From Ramazzottius varieornatus (taxonomy: Eukaryota > Animalia > Tardigrada), in the NCBI GenBank assembly GCA_001949185.1, contig BDGG01000004.1:521620-585619 (forward strand): DNA of 64,000 nucleotides, written 5' to 3'. Below, in pieces: positions 63,617 through 64,000 of the stretch; position 1 is the first letter of the stretch, and each line of letters opens with the position of its first letter. The notes under the pieces were generated by a model, which searched no databases, was not told the DNA's origin, and saw nothing but the letters and a program-made list of their open reading frames with translations. Position numbers and translations under genes: made by a program.

Positions 63617-64000
63617 AACGGTGGTTGCAGAAACAGTATCATGCTGCGTTACGTTATATTATCATTCAGTTTACGGCGGAACAATCCTACCCAAATATGT
63701 GTTCATAGTAATGTATCCGTGAGGTGTGTTATTTTCCCCGAAGTCGGCCAAGGCTGTCGGCTGAAAAGCCGTACAGGACTAAGAGAATGGACGATCAGAG
63801 GGGAAGCACGGTACATCAACTATTAATAAGATTCGCCGAACGATAACTGATAGTCGTCAAATTAGGCACTTTCGGATATCAAAACTGGTGCTTCGTGACA
63901 GTTCACAGTATCGCGGGTTCCTCAAATCACAATTAACAACAAAATTAAAGTTTTTTTCTCGATCCCAATGAAGACGGATTCAAGGTGAGCAATATCGTTT

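Overview
Gene-dense eukaryotic (animal) genomic DNA with mostly short (~55-100 nt) GT-AG introns. The compactness and gene-family content (receptor-guanylate-cyclase-type ectodomain genes, intronless orphan GPCRs, a gustatory-receptor-like gene) suggest a tardigrade such as Ramazzottius; this is inference only. Genes reconstructed by hand-splicing: a 5'-truncated giant coiled-coil gene (>1,880 aa in window), a frameshifted GPCR, POMT2, Orai, RPS13, a HIG1-domain gene, ERCC8/CSA, a cyclase-less rGC-type receptor, TEX2, ALG8, SGPL1, ZCCHC10, a furin-like convertase, an ABHD16A-like hydrolase, an intact GPCR, a GR-like receptor and an unknown secreted mucin-linker protein. Mobile DNA includes a frameshifted mariner nested in a hAT-like foldback element, a deleted Tc4/Tc5-like element at a CTNAG site and several MITE families. 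Two unexplained patterns stand out. (1) A ~100-110 bp palindrome (core CAAGTGGCGCAC...GTGCGCCACTTG) occurs at 12 loci, all intronic and spread over six unrelated genes; none was seen in intergenic DNA. (2) The coiled-coil gene has 15/15 phase-0 introns and equal-length exon sets (75/75, 105/105, 474/474/474 nt). All exon boundaries were read by eye and may be off by a few bases.
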